64,000 nt of DNA from the human T2T-CHM13v2.0 reference genome, Homo sapiens (GCF_009914755.1 NC_060938.1); one strand, 5' to 3'; positions 14,760 through 27,863 are shown, counted from the first letter of the stretch. Notes: a model not told the origin generated them from the sequence alone. Program-made: numbers and translations.

Positions 14760-14975
14760 TATGCCTAGTACTGGTTCTGTGCCAGGCTCTCTGTTCTAAG
14801 CACATTTTACAGGATTAACTAATTTAATCCTCCCAAATCCCCTTAAAGGATGTAGTGATGTTATCCCCTTTCACAGATAAGGAAGGTGAGGCACAGAGAG
14901 GGTAAGTGGCTTGCCCAAAGTCACACAGATACTAAGTGGCAGAACTGGAATTCAAACCCTGGTAGTCAGGCTGAA
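14760..14975 (-). mobile_element. MIR SINE
   Basis: acagataaggaa..tgaggcacagagagggtaagtggcttgcccaa core. Confidence 0.75.
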
Positions 14976-16660
14976 GGTCTCTGTCCCCTGGGATGTCCCA
15001 GGATGTCCCTATCATTTCCCCTTCCAGTGGTACCTGCTTCAGTCCTCCACATTACCAAGGCTGGAAGAATCTTTCTAGATGAGGAGTCAGCGGTGTCATA
15101 ATCCTGCTGAACTTCCCCCTGCTCCAGCAAAGGCTACTAATTTAGTTCAGGGTAAAATGCACGTTGTGAGTACAGCTCCTCAAGTCTTTCTTGACCTGCT
15201 CTAACCTCCTTTATAAGCCTCATCTCTCTCTAGACCCCAAACGTGCCCTTGGCTCTGGCCCCAGAGTTCTCACCAGGAGCTGCAGGTGGTATTGGAGTCA
15301 CCTGGGCACTTTTCCAAATTAACCAGCCCTGGAAGCTTCTCTGTGTCCGTGTCAGTGGGAGGAGGAGTGAGGAATGGGTCAGGGAGACTGGCAGCAGGGG
15401 GAGGAGGGCTGCCTGTGTACTGTTTCAAATAGAACCATAGGCCAAGCCTTCTACCTCTCTAAGCCTTGACTTTCTCATCTGTAAAATGGAGAGAATAAAA
15501 CCTTCTTGAGCAGATGCTATGGGAGTGAGACTGTGTGTAAGGCATGAGCATAGTGCTTGGCACATAGTAGGTGTGCTTGCAAGACCAGGGCCAAGCTCTG
15601 GCTGTGGGCTGCCCAGCTTCCTGGGCACTCCCTTTGGACAGCTGAGGTTCCAGGTGATAGCCATGGCGCCCTGGCAGGCACGGATTCCAGGGAAGACACT
15701 TCCATGGTGGGTCTGCAGCGGATCCAGTGACCTACTACTCAGTTCCTGCTGCCCAAGCTGTTCCAAGCACTGGATAGACACATGGGAAATCAGGGATATC
15801 TGTAATTTTTCCAAGTACAAAGGCCTGATCATTTGTAAGACCCCAGCTGATTGCTTCAGCATGTAGGCATGGACAGGATGCTTTAGAATGTAGTAGTTGA
15901 GGGCAGTGTGACATCCACCTCCCTGAGTTTAAACCACTGGGGTACCCCTTGCAAGCTGTGTGATCCTGGGCGACCCATTTAATGTCTTGGTGCCTTAGGT
16001 CCTCATATGTGAAAGGGGATACCAGCAGTGCCTACTTCATGTGCAGATGGACATGAGGGGTCCATAAGAGAACGGTGCCTGGCACATACTAAACACTCAA
16101 TCAATGCTAGCTATTGTGATTATTTAGACTTTGACTCTGGGTACTGCTAGGGCAGCCAACAAATGTCCATGGATGATGTACTGAGTAAGCCAGGAGGCCT
16201 TGTTTTTCTTAAACAAATGTCCCAGAGGTACATGCTCTCGCATACCTTCATGCCTTTGCCTGTGCGGTTCCCGCTGCTTGGCCAGCAGGTGATTCCTCCT
16301 CTGTGGTTCAGCTCAGGCACCCCTCCTCTGGGTGCCCCTCCCCCATGCTCCCACAATGCCTCCTGCCAAGCCCTTTCCTGCTCTCTGTGTGTGGGTGCCT
16401 ACAGGGCTGGGAGGGTGCACAGGTTGGACTATAGCTTTTCAGCTCCAAGCCCTCAGTGTCCCTCAGCATCCTGGCCCATGGGATGCAGTTGGAAAATGTT
16501 GGTAAAATACATGCAGGAATGAATGATTCAGTTACATAAATTGTGCATTTGAGCAGGGCCACGTTGGGGGTTATGCACTTAACGGGAGCAACATTCCCTG
16601 TTGCTCACCCAGCTTCTGGATTCTTCCGCAGGAAAGCTCACTCCGGGGTGGGGACCTCAC

Positions 16661-16816
16661 CTTTGTAGAGCGGTGTCTCTCGGGATTTGTTGGAGATGTC
16701 CGGCTCTGCCCCTGCTTGGAGCAGTGACAGGAGACAGTCCAGGTGGCCCCTGCACGTTGCCAAGTAAACGGCTGTTTCCTCCTGCAGGGTGCGCTGGTCG
16801 ATGGTCCCTGGGTACG
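16661..16816 (-). CDS. ASB2: ASB2 exon 5 (156 nt), AYPGTIDQ...ETPLYK
   Basis: Acceptor ccctccctag|CG, donor G|gtgagg. Confidence 0.96.
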
Positions 16817-17625
16817 CTAGGGAGGGCCCACCGGGAAATTCATGTAGGAGAAAGATACTCAGCCCCGCAACACAGAGGCTTTCCCGATTGCCTCCCAATT
16901 TCAAGAACAATGTATGACATCCTCTGAAATTTACCAACTACAGACTGCATTCATCTGGCCCTTTCACAGGGCCATTTTAGCTTCCTGGTCGTACACGTCC
17001 AAGCTCAGATGCCACGTCCTCTGAGAAGCCTTCCCTAATGGAGCCCCTCCCTCTTCGAATACTCCTGTCCTTTCCTCGAACTCACACCAGCCATTGCTGG
17101 AAACCCACTGTTACATGCCATGGTTTCTTGGAGTGTCGGGGGCCGTGTGGGGTCTGTGCTGCTTCAGGGCAGAGGTGACACCTGCCTGCAGGAGTTGCCC
17201 TTCTGAACCTGGCTCAGTAGGAAGACAGGGCTCAGAGAGGAGGCACGGCTGTCCCGCGGTCCCACAGCAGGTGGGGGATAGCCTTGGCCGGGCACAGGCA
17301 CAGCTGCAGTATTTTTCACACCAAATCAGCCCCTGGGACATTCTGGAACAAGTTGGCAGTGGTTCTTCTAAAAGTCAGCCCTCCCTCATTCCTTTTCTAG
17401 GAATTAGGCTCTCCTGTCCTTGGAGGCCTGGAGAGGTGGCAGCAGGGGGTGGGGACAACTCATTTCCCCTCTCGTAACTCCATGACTAACTGACAAATGA
17501 AAGTGACAGCCTTGCCTGCCCTTCTCCCAAGATGATTGTGGGCAAAGAACATGAAGCCCCAGGAGCGGCAGCCCTTCCCCTAGTCCCTTTCCCACCTCTT
17601 GCCACCGTCAGAGCCCAGCCCTCAC

Positions 17626-17792
17626 CTCGCTGCAGGACTTTCAGGCAGCCCACCTGGCCATAGTATGCGGCCTCGTGCAGCGGCAGCCAGCCCTCCTTGT
17701 TGGGCTCTGCGAGATTCTTCCCTTCCTTGATCATGGTCTTCAAGGCCTCTTCATCGCCATCCTTGATGGCCTTTATCAAGGGGTCCGCAGGC
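17626..17792 (-). CDS. ASB2: ASB2 exon 4 (167 nt), PADPLIKAIK...LKVLQR, first ankyrin repeats
   Basis: Acceptor tctcacag|G, donor G|gtgagg; GWLPLHEAA motif. Confidence 0.96.
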
Positions 17793-20074
17793 CTGTGAGA
17801 GGAAGGAGTGGGTCAGTCCTCAAGGTCAGGCCAAGGCCAGGCCAGGGGGCCTCTCTCTCAGGAGTGCTGGCAGTGGAGTCACTCGGTCCTCGTCCCTGCT
17901 GGTTCCAGGATGAGCACTCAGCCCCCTGCAGCCCAGTGGCTGCAAGAGGACTGGGGGATCCCTCCATCTCTGTGGCTTTCCATGGCTGCCGGGAATGTTA
18001 TACCAAAACCAATTCTACCAAGAGGATTCAGGCACACAATGCCAGCCTCCTAGAGGGTGGCTAACCACCCACATGTGAGGCACTTGTGATAATTAAATGC
18101 TTTCCCTGAGTATAGCACTCTAGCATTTACCAGGCACGCCCATCTCGGGGGCCCCCTCTTAACCCTGAGCATATCTCTGGGGTCTTCCAACTCCTCTCCT
18201 TGCCCTGTCGCTTATTCCTACTCCCAGTACATCCAGCTGCAGAAAAAAAATATATACTGGAAGGATTAATAAATTTGAAGCCTTCACAGTTTAAAACTTC
18301 TGAATGTCAAAAAGATTTGAGGGCTAAAGTGAAGCCGTTCCTTGCTTGGCTTGTTAAAGTCCCTTTGTTCATTCATTGCTTCCTTCCTTCCTTCATTCAT
18401 TCACTGAGCTCCCTACCTCATCCTTGGAGAGTCCGTGAGAACCACGATGTCTATGCCTCTCAGATCCACTTTTGGGGAGGCTTCTGCATCAATAGTCCCA
18501 TTTCCCAGATGGAGAAGGTGAGGCTGGAGGCAGGCCTCATTCCCAGGACACCCACGCCATGTTGGGCTAGGATGGGCTCTGGGCGGTCTCTGCCACCAGC
18601 CCCTGCACTCTCCCAGCCACTTCCTCCAGCGTGAGCAGCACTTCCTCCTGACTCTCAGACTCTGTGGTTATTAATGGTGTCAGAGCACAGATGCCGGTGA
18701 AGCAACAGACCCAGCAAGGACGATGGGAAACTGATCAGATAAGTCCTGAGGTCCCCATCAGCACCGTCACTGCCACCTTGACGAGTTCCACTTAGGAACA
18801 GCCAGAGCAGCCCCTGTCAGCATCAGGAAAAGCCCAGTGGGGGTATGTGCCCCCCTTTTCCTGGAGTGTCTCCAAAGGGACCCCAGCTGAAGTGGAAGGG
18901 AGGAGGGCTGGCTTTTCTCGTGGCCTTGGCGAGCAGGGCGTGGTGCAGTGTCGTGAGAACACTTTCAGGACCTGCCGCCCAGCTTGGGTCTCTCCAGCTG
19001 TGATGCAAGGACCCTGGAGCCCTCAGCCCACATATTCACAGCTTCTCCATGACCTCAGGCAAAGTCCCCGCCCTATGAGTGGGGGAGGGTTCTGGGGGTG
19101 TCAGGCCATCAGAGTAGTAAGCTGGACGGGACCCTAGAGGTCACGTTGCCCTCTCCAGCCGTGTCCTGCAGAGAAGGGAGACTCAGAGGGGACAGCGACT
19201 CTCAGGCAGTCATGCAGGAGGTGGCAGTAGCTGAGACCAGCACTGGGTCTCCCTTTTCCAGATTGTCAACCACTCCACACACCCACCACACCAAGGAAGT
19301 GGAGGGCGGCAGGATTTGAAAAAGGCTGGGAAGGAGAAAGAAAATATTGGCCAATTGCCTCCTCCCTTCTCTACAACGTAACTGAGTGAGGAAATGCAGT
19401 TCCAGTGATAGGGTCCCTCTTTTGCTTTTGGCTGCTTCCGGGGTCACTATTCCAGGGGTACAGAGAGGGGAGGGAGGCAGAATTATTTTCTAAGGAGCGC
19501 ATTAGCCCTGCCCCCTGGTGCCAGGCAAACAGAGCCCCTGCAGCTTAGATTATTTCTGGATTTTAGCACCTGGCACTTCACAAATAAGGGCAAATAAACA
19601 AAACAAAGGCTGTGGGTGTGGGCATTTTGGATGTACCCACAGCGATGGCATGGGGGAAAGTGAGACTGGGACAAACAGAAGGGTGCAGCCAACTCATCAA
19701 GTTCAACTCCAAGCTCTCCTGGGCCTCTGGGGTTCTAAGGCCATCTCCCCAATTTCCCTCGTGCTGGGTCCCCAGTTTCAGAGCCCCATGGGGCTCCTCC
19801 AGCACTCAGGTCCCATGCTGGGGGCATCTGAGGGGGGGATCACCAGCATGCCTGGCTGGAAGTTCCTTGAGGACTGAAGTCTGTGGCCACCAAGCCCATC
19901 TCAGCAGGAGCAGTGGGGCCCCAGGGGGGCACCCCTAGAAGGAGCGTGCCTGGCAGGTGCCTCCATAGTGCCCTCTGCCCTCCTGGGGGCTGTGGGCCTG
20001 CTTCCCACCCTCCCTGCCATCCCAGTTAGCGGAGTGAACTTGGATGGTCCTGGGGCCAGACAGGAGTCACTTAC

Positions 20075-20179
20075 GCCAGCTGGGAGGTCTTGAACAAGCT
20101 GCTGCTGTATTTCTGCATGACCCCTTGGAACAAGCCCATTGGGGCCCGGGCCGGCGAACTCTCAGGAGGTGCAGTGGAC
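20075..20179 (-). CDS. ASB2: ASB2 exon 3 as used by the beta isoform (105 nt), STAPPESS...KTSQLA
   Basis: Internal acceptor ccctccag|G, donor GC|gtaagt; in phase with beta exon 2. Confidence 0.94.
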
Positions 20180-20241
20180 CTGGAGGGTGCAGAGCAGGAG
20201 TGAAAGAGGGAAAAGTACTCTGCATAGGAGAAGCGGGTCAT
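20075..20241 (-). CDS. ASB2: ASB2alpha first coding segment, MTRFSYAEYFSLFHSCSAPSR...
   Basis: ATG at 20241 (gaagccATG) in frame with exon 3; recognised alpha N-terminus. In-window CDS totals 542 codons + 1 nt (alpha) vs 590 + 1 nt (beta), the 48-aa difference expected for the 587/635-aa isoforms. Confidence 0.92.
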
Positions 20242-23229
20242 GGCTTCAGGCAGGAATGAGGATGGAGGGAGAGCCAGGGAGAGACTGACTGACAGACACA
20301 GGGCTCTGAACCAAAGCAGATGGCCGGGTCCTCTGTGTGCTGGACACAGCTGCTGTGTCTCCGGATTATTTTTGGCCCTTGGAGGAAGCCCTGGGAGATT
20401 TAAATGACCATATAAGACAACAATGAGGTTAACCTCACCCCACCCCCCGGTCCCCCTCCCCAGCCAACCACGAAAGAGGCAGATAGGAAGCAAGGTGACA
20501 TTCTTCACCCAGGAGGATGTGAGCCGTGGTCGGCAGGTCCCAGGATGAAAGGGGCTCAGGCTCACTGCTGGCCAGGCAGATCCCTGCGGGGCTGGATGAG
20601 AGATTCATGGCAAAGCAGAGGATAGGGGAGCAAAGCTGAGAAGCCAAGCTGTACCTGTGCCCCCCACGCCCACCTGCCAGCTCATTAGGGGATCTTGTCC
20701 CAGGGGTAGGAGCAGACACTATAGTAACCTCTATAGTGTTATTATAGGATGCATGAGGAAGGGCGTCGGAACCAGGGCTGCAGTCAGACAGACACAGGTT
20801 CACATCTGGGCTCTGGCACTCCTTGGCTGTGTGACGTGAGACAGGTTGACCTTTTCTGTGCCTTAGTCCCCGCTCCTGCAAGGTTGCATGAAAACAGCCT
20901 GTGCTCGAGGGCCGGTGAGGCCTGAGTAAGTGAATGGTGTGAGGAGCTTAGTGGAGTGTGAGGCACAGAGGGTGTTCCACATGTACTCACTCTTCATTGT
21001 ATCATCATTTTGCCTCTCTAGGCCTCAGTTTTCCCGACCCACCAGGCTCCTGTGAGGGTGGAAGAGCCGGAAGGAGGTGGGATGGCCGCTCCACAAATCT
21101 GAGTTGGCCTGGGGTTGTCGTGAGAACAGGGTATATGGCCCCTACTGACACCACCCCCAGTAGGTCAGGCCTGGCACTCTCGACACCCCAGTGGCCCGGG
21201 CCTTTCACCACACTCTTCTGGGGGGGATTGGGGAGGACTCTGCTACCAGTGACTCACACCCTGTGGGGCATGGGGTAATTATGACCCTGAGAAGCACCCA
21301 CACTCTTTCTGGCTAGGCCAGAGCCTACAGATTCTGTGGGTACACCCCAGCAAGGCCAGAGCCTGGTAGAGAGGAGCAAGGGTGGCAGGAGGAGGGGAAC
21401 CTGCTCACCCCTCTGCTTCATGCTCTCAGGGCTGCCTGCAGGCCTGGCTGCCTTCCTCATCCTCGCCGCTGTCACGCCCTCCCACCTGCCTTCTCCCATC
21501 CCCTGCTTCTGGCCTTCTACTGACCCGCACTGGGGTGGGCAGGACACCGCCTGCATGTGTCCTCATTTATCCACATCCATCAACCGTAGATGGGGGTGCC
21601 TTTTACAGATGAGGACACGGAGGCTGTGAGAGGGGACTTAACTGTGCAGGGTCACCTTCAGCATGACAGCGAGTGGAGCAGAGGTTCAGACTACCACTGT
21701 CCGCCCAGCTCCTGATGCCACCCTGTCCTCTGAAGGCCTGGCCTCTTCCTGCCTTTTCGTCCTCTCTCCAGCTCTCCGACCTCCACACTGACTGTCCCTG
21801 TGACTTTGGACAAGCCCCATCCCCGCTCTGTGCCTCAGTTTCCTTATTTGCAAAATGGAGAAGTGGGACCAGGACCAGACTGGGGATGTCCACACTGTTT
21901 CTGTAGCTGTGGAGAGATTCAGTGTCCAACAGATCCCAGAGCCAAGGCCCCTCCTCAGCCCTGACAGCTGCTGGGTTCAGTGTCCTTTGCATTAGTGCCT
22001 GGTCCTGAGAAGGAGAGACAGCCGGCAGGTGGAGGCAGCCTGGGGCCAGGCTCACCTCAGCTGTCTCCAGCCCTGTCGTCTTGATGAGGCCCTGGGCTTC
22101 CACCTCCCAGGATCCTTGGGTCACGGCCACCCTCATACTTAGTGCATGTGTGGCCTCCAGTTACCTGCCATTGTTAGAATGTTTTTAGCAGGATAATAAA
22201 GCACTGGGAAAAAGCCCACTGCACCATCTAAACGAGGACCTGTCTCTGCATAGTAATGGCAGCAGCAATGGTGGCCGGGATGTTGAGGTTGATGGAGGTG
22301 GAGGGAGCTGGTGATGATGACAGTTTCTAACAACTGTGCAGGGCAAATGTTCACAAAGTCATGCCGAGCCTCTCCTCATTTCCATTCTCCTGCCACCATT
22401 GATGGAAGCAGCGGGTGTGCTGTTCCCATTTTGCAGATGAGGAAACAGACAGACTGAGTTCCATTCAACAAAGAGTTCCCAGCTCTGGCTCAGTCCCAGG
22501 CCCACTCTGGGTGGTGATGCAGCTCATTAAAATTTATCTTTTTGTGGATCCTGAGGATATTTGGAAGTCAGCAGAGAGGGAGACAAGGCCACACACAGCC
22601 ACAGAGTCACAGAGGACGGGCTGAGATCGGGGCAGAAGGGCTCATTCTGGGAGCACTGAGATCCGGGTGCATCCACTGGCTTTGGAGCTGGCAACTGGGC
22701 AAGGCGACCGCTCAGAGTTACTGAGTCGTGAGTCTCAGGGCTGGCTGGGGAGCCAGGGCCCCTGGCTGGGTTTCGTGCTCTCGCCAATCAAGGCTGGAGG
22801 CCCCATTTCCCCTCGGGCCCCAAGCAGGGGAATTCCCAACAGAGCAAACCTCCTGGGCTGAGTCATCACAGGCGAGAGGAGCCTGGCCTCGGCAGGATGT
22901 GGGTGTAGGTCATGCCCTGGAAGAGCCCCAGGTAGGGCCTCTGTCCTTTGTGTGTCACTGGGCAGGTTCTGGGGTGGAGAATGTGTCACCGTCACCTGAC
23001 CCTGGAGTCCAGCTTGTCATGAATTCAGGCACGGTCAGCCTCAGTGAGAGCAGAGAATGGGCTGGCAGGACAGTGCTCCTAGCCTCTCGGTGAGTCAATG
23101 GATGGCTGCTCTGTCTGAGTTAGTAAGAAGCCCAGGTCAGCCCCAGGGAGGCAGTGATTGGGCTGGGCCTGGCTGAATGCAGGGGGCAGGTAGGCACCTT
23201 AATAGAGGAGGGAGCTGACAAAATCGATT

Positions 23230-23347
23230 CCGCCCCACGCCCGCCAACATGTCACCAGTCCACCCCACACCCGCCACTGTGCCATGAGTCTACCCCACGC
23301 CCACCCCATGCCACGAGTCCACCCCACGCCCACCACTGTGCCGTGAG
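23230..23347. repeat. Degenerate ~30-bp tandem repeat x4 (ccaccccacgcccRcca...)
   Basis: Direct reading. Confidence 0.7.
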
Positions 23348-24259
23348 ACACATGTGACTCATTGAGCACTTGTTATAACAGGCACATTGCACCAAGCATC
23401 TCATTTAATTCCCCAGTCCACTTGGTGAAGGAGATGTAATTGGCTTCCTTTGCAAATGAGAGAACTGAGGCTCAAAGAGGCTTGCTTCCTCTAGTCTGCT
23501 TGATGAACTCCTATTCATCCTGCAAAGCCTACTTCCTTGACTAAGTGAATTGACCTTTTCCAGGGTCCCTCTGTAACTGAGGAAGCTGTGCTCTCCCTGC
23601 TGTGTCATCAGGTAGTTCTGGGCCTTCACCCTCATTAGACTGTGATCTTAGGGAGAGCAGGACCCAGCCCTGATTCACAACCTGGCATATCATAAGTGCA
23701 GAGTAAGTGTGGGTGGCTTGATTTGAATTGTTTGAAGCTGTGCACACAACAGCCTCAGCCAGTTCCTGCTTCATGTTTTCCTCCTTTGTCTTCTCAGAAA
23801 TGTATCTTAAATGAAATGCAGAGGTTTAAAGATTAGGAAGACCCAGCCTCCTGGACTCACTCTGGCTGGTCCATTCATGGAAACCTTGGGCTCTGCACTT
23901 CATGGGTTCATGGACCCCACTTCTCCATGGAACAGGAAGCTAGGTCTGTCCCTTTGGGGTCCCTTAGGGGACCAAAGCTTGGCAAATGATCCTCATTTGA
24001 TCCTCATCAAATTCTGTGCCTTACATTGAGGTGAGACAGAAGCAAATTGGGAAATGGTTTTCAACAGAATTCTGTTTTCTTTGGGATACTGATCTTTCAT
24101 TTCTAAGATCCAGAAGACTCAGTGGACTCCATTTTGGTCACAATATAATAATGATCAATTGCATTGCTAGAGCTTTTTATTGGTTTCAAAGGTATTTATT
24201 TGTTTAAAAACATTTATTAGGTAGCTACAATGATCCAGGCTCTAAGCTGGGCACTGGAG

Positions 24260-24260
24260 A

Positions 24261-24307
<47 letters not shown>

Positions 24308-24308
24308 A
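24260..24308. repeat. (TAAA)n microsatellite, ~12 units
   Basis: Direct reading. Confidence 0.95.
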
Positions 24309-25426
24309 CAGTATCAGCTCAGCTCTCTGTCCCCTAGGAGGTCACAGTCTAGTTGGGAACACTCTCAGGAGGGTGTCCCAGGAAGACCCAAGAAGCTTGT
24401 CTGTGAAGCAGAGGCCATCATGAGATTGGTGCTGGAGCACTCAGACAGGGCCGGGGAGGTCAATACGAGCTGCAAGATGTGGGAAGGCTCCAACGCCCAC
24501 CTCATCTTATTTGCTCTTCACAGGAATACTGCAAGGGGAGCACAGCATGTTTTTGTTGTTGCTGTTATAAAGATGAGGCCACTGGGGCTCAGATAGGGTT
24601 AGCCACCCACCTAAGGTTGCACAGCCAGTAAGTGTAGAGGAAGAATTTGAATCTCTAGACCTACTTCTCTTTCCACTCTGCTGCCTTTCCATCTATTCCT
24701 TTATTCACCCATTCACTCATTCACAGATAGCCATGTGGTGCCTGCCACAGGTCAGACACAGCGCTTCACTGGAGGCGTAGGTTAATGGCAGAAGCAGAGA
24801 AATAAATAAGAATTGTAAGTCAAGGTGAAGGCCACAGAGGAAACAGCCATGAGAGCAAGTAAGAGGTGAAAAACCAGCTGGCCCGGGAGAGTGGTCAGGG
24901 CAGGACTGGCTGAGGAGGTGATGCTTAATCTCAGACCTGAAGATGAGAAGGAGCTGCTATGTGGATTGCCTGGGGACCAGGGTGACATCCTATTGCTAAA
25001 CTTGCAGTGAATTTATTTGGACAGATAAAAGTGAACAAGGACTGTCTCGGGTCCTGCATCCACTGTAATGCGTGTCTGGGTGTGAGGGCACAAGTGCGTG
25101 TGTGCCGTGTGAATTTGGGGACCCTGGGCCTCTGTGAGTGGGAGACGGACGTAATGAGGTCAAAACTTCACCTCAAGGTGGGGTAGGGGAAGGAAACAGA
25201 GGCCTTCACAGCATCAGCAGAGCCTGGTGAAGTGTCTGAACTTCAGAGCGGGACAGACTTTGGTTCCATGCCTGGCCCTGCTGTGGGCATGTTTTGTCGT
25301 CTGTAAAATGGGCACAGAAGCAATCCACTTTGGGTGGCTTTTGTAAACATTAAGTGAATTAATGTGTGGCAGGCACATGGGAGGTGCTCAATGTGCATTT
25401 GGGGGGAGAAGAATTTCATTAAACAT

Positions 25427-25429
<3 letters not shown>

Positions 25430-25457
<28 letters not shown>

Positions 25458-25683
25458 GAGACGGAGTCTCGCTCTGTCGCCCAGGCTGGAGTGCAGTGGC
25501 GGGATCTCGGCTCACTGCAAGCTCCGCCTCCCGGTTCACGCCATTCTCCTGCCTCAGCTTCCCAAGTAGCTGGGACTACAGGCGCCCGCCACTACGCCCG
25601 GCTAATTTTTTGTATTTTTAGTAGAGACGGGGTTTCACCGTTTTAGCCGGGATGGTCTCGATCTCCCGACCTCGTGATCCGCC
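25430..25683 (-). mobile_element. AluYa5, 5'-truncated
   Basis: Ya5 diagnostics (CCATCCCGGCTAAAACGG, GGCGTAGTGG, TACTTGGG, GATCCCGCC); TSD taaacattct. Confidence 0.9.
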
Positions 25684-26847
25684 TAAACATTCTATCTAAG
25701 GGGTTTTTCTTCCCAGCAGGGCCCAAGCCCAGCCTCCTTCCAGAGGCGAAGGCGCAGAACCGAACCTAGGAGGTTTCAGGTCACTCCTAGAGTAACAAGA
25801 TGCAGGTTGACCCTCCTCTGCTATATTGCTTGTGGGGCTGGACCTCAGATGAGGGCTGCTTGACCTGGGAGAAATGGTCTCAATTCTCTAGGAGAGCTTT
25901 TTCCGCAGGAAGCTGAATAAATGTTCATGGCCCACTGTGGGCCTCCATTTCCTTACCCTCCAGATGAAGGCAGAGTCAGGGTCTGGATGCCGAGGGCCCA
26001 CTTCTTTCTAATGTGTCCAAGCATCCCTGGGACTCCTGAGGGGGCTCCTATGCTGGGGAGAAGGCTGCAGACACCTGAGGGGACGTGCTGGCTTCATGCA
26101 GCAGGCCCTGTCTTCAGAGGAAGGATGCCCTATCTCTATCTGACCCCCTCCTGAGGAAGAGGAACTTGTGGCCTGTCTTCCGCTGAACCGGCCAGAACAG
26201 GAACCAGGGCCACCTTGAGCATGAGCCAAGATGAACCTAGTCCTTGGCTTCAGGTTTCTGTTTCTCAGATTGGGTTTCAGAATGGAACGTCCTCGGGGGC
26301 AGCTTAGTAACCTGGAGTCTTCGTACTCTTTCCGGCTGCCCAAAGTAGCTGCCTGCCTTCCCCTTTAAAAGGGGCTCCTCAGCTCTGGGCCTCTGCCCAG
26401 CCAGCCTGACAGAGATGGTCCAGCCTCGGCAAGGGCAAAGTCACTTAGGGGACAGGGCTGAGATGCACCATCACCCACCTTCATCCCCTGTCAACTGTGA
26501 CTGCACATCGGAAAAAGTCTGTTTGTTGTTGTTGTTATTTGAGAAGGAAGCTGAGGTTTTCAGAGGTTAAGTGACTTGCCTGAGGTCACGCAGGGAGCCA
26601 GCTGGCTGCTGTACACAATGAGATTTGTGGCCTATGCCTCAAAGTAACACCAACACAATTGTCACAGCAATTCCCATGCCCTGCCATTCATGCCCAAACA
26701 CACTTGACCTTGGCTGGGGACGGGGGTGGGGAGCAAAAGCAATTTTATGGCTTATAGAGGTCTTTTCCAAATGCATTTTGAGATCAATCACCGCTCTGCT
26801 TAATCACCTCTCTAGCTCCCACCTCCTACAAAGGAGGTGTCGTCTAG

Positions 26848-27175
26848 ATCTGCACCGTCTGATAAGGTAGTCATTGGCCACATGTGCTAGGGAGCGCTTG
26901 AAACGTGGCCAGTCTGAATCAAGATGGGCTGTGAGTGTAAAATACACACTGGATTTCAAAGACTTGATGGGCAAAAAGAAATGGTAACAATCTGATTCAT
27001 AATTTTATATTGATGGAAATATAAGTCTCTTGGTGGAAATGGTGATACTTCAGATGTGAACTATCAATGAAAATTAATTTCACCTGTTTCTCTTTACTTT
27101 TTTGGCTGTTGGAACCTTTAAAATTGCATCCGTGCATTGCAGTTGTGGGTGGTGTCATATCTGGATGGCGCTGCT
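26848..27175. mobile_element. MER33/MER3-like hAT element
   Basis: gccacatgtg...tgtaaaatacacactggatttcaaagactt signature. Confidence 0.7.
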
Positions 27176-27657
27176 TTAGAAAGTCCTGTGACTGAGAGGA
27201 TGAGGTGGGGCTGAGAGTGGGGAGCCAGAAGAAGGAGACAGGATGGCTCTGCTGGGCAGACATCCCTTGCTCACCAGATATGTTTTTCAAGGGAGGCTGT
27301 ATTGTAAGATAGGGAGCCAGGCAGCTCTGATCTCGGCAGCATTATCTACTGGCTATGTGACCTCGGGCCTCTTTTTCAGCCCTGAGCTTCAGTCTCCTCT
27401 TTTAAATGGGTCTATAACCCAGAGCCCACTGAGAGGGTCCTTAAGCGGATGAAAGGAGGCAGAGTGTGTATAGCACCCACTTCAGTACCTGGCACAGCCA
27501 GAGCTTGGTAAGTTCAGATAACAAATGTAAATGGGAAAGGTGTGAAAAGCAACCTAGAGACCAGGATACCGTGGTTTTGGATTAACAGCATTAGGGATCT
27601 ACAGTCTGTGGATGTCCTGGATGGCCCCACTTCCCTCATCAGCCTCGCCTTGCTCAC

Positions 27658-27863
27658 CTGGTCCATGGGTAGAAATGGGCAGGTTGGCGGTTGGTACATG
27701 CAGACGCGGTGGCCTCAGCAGTGGTTGGGCCCCTTGTCTTGTCCGCTAGGCTCTGCTCGATGGCCATCTGCACCAGTTCATCCTCGCTCAGGCTGCTGTA
27801 CAGGCTGTACTCCTCCTGCCCAATGGTACACTGGCTGCCCCGAGTGCTGATCTGCGTGGCCAT
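27658..27863 (-). CDS. ASB2: ASB2beta first coding exon (exon 2; whole exon ~27658-27936), MATQISTRG...FYPWTR, includes UIM SEDELVQMAIEQSLAD
   Basis: Strong Kozak gaggATGG, donor AG|gtgagc, upstream acceptor tttcctcacag| at 27936; UIM consensus. Confidence 0.95.

Noticed and set aside
17810-17828. TCAAGGTCA/GGGTCA nuclear-receptor sites
   Set aside because: Equally explained as CTGAC branch-point sequences of the exon 4 acceptor on the minus strand
20300-21300. Canonical DR5 RARE near the alpha start
   Set aside because: Only isolated half-sites found by eye; no convincing DR5
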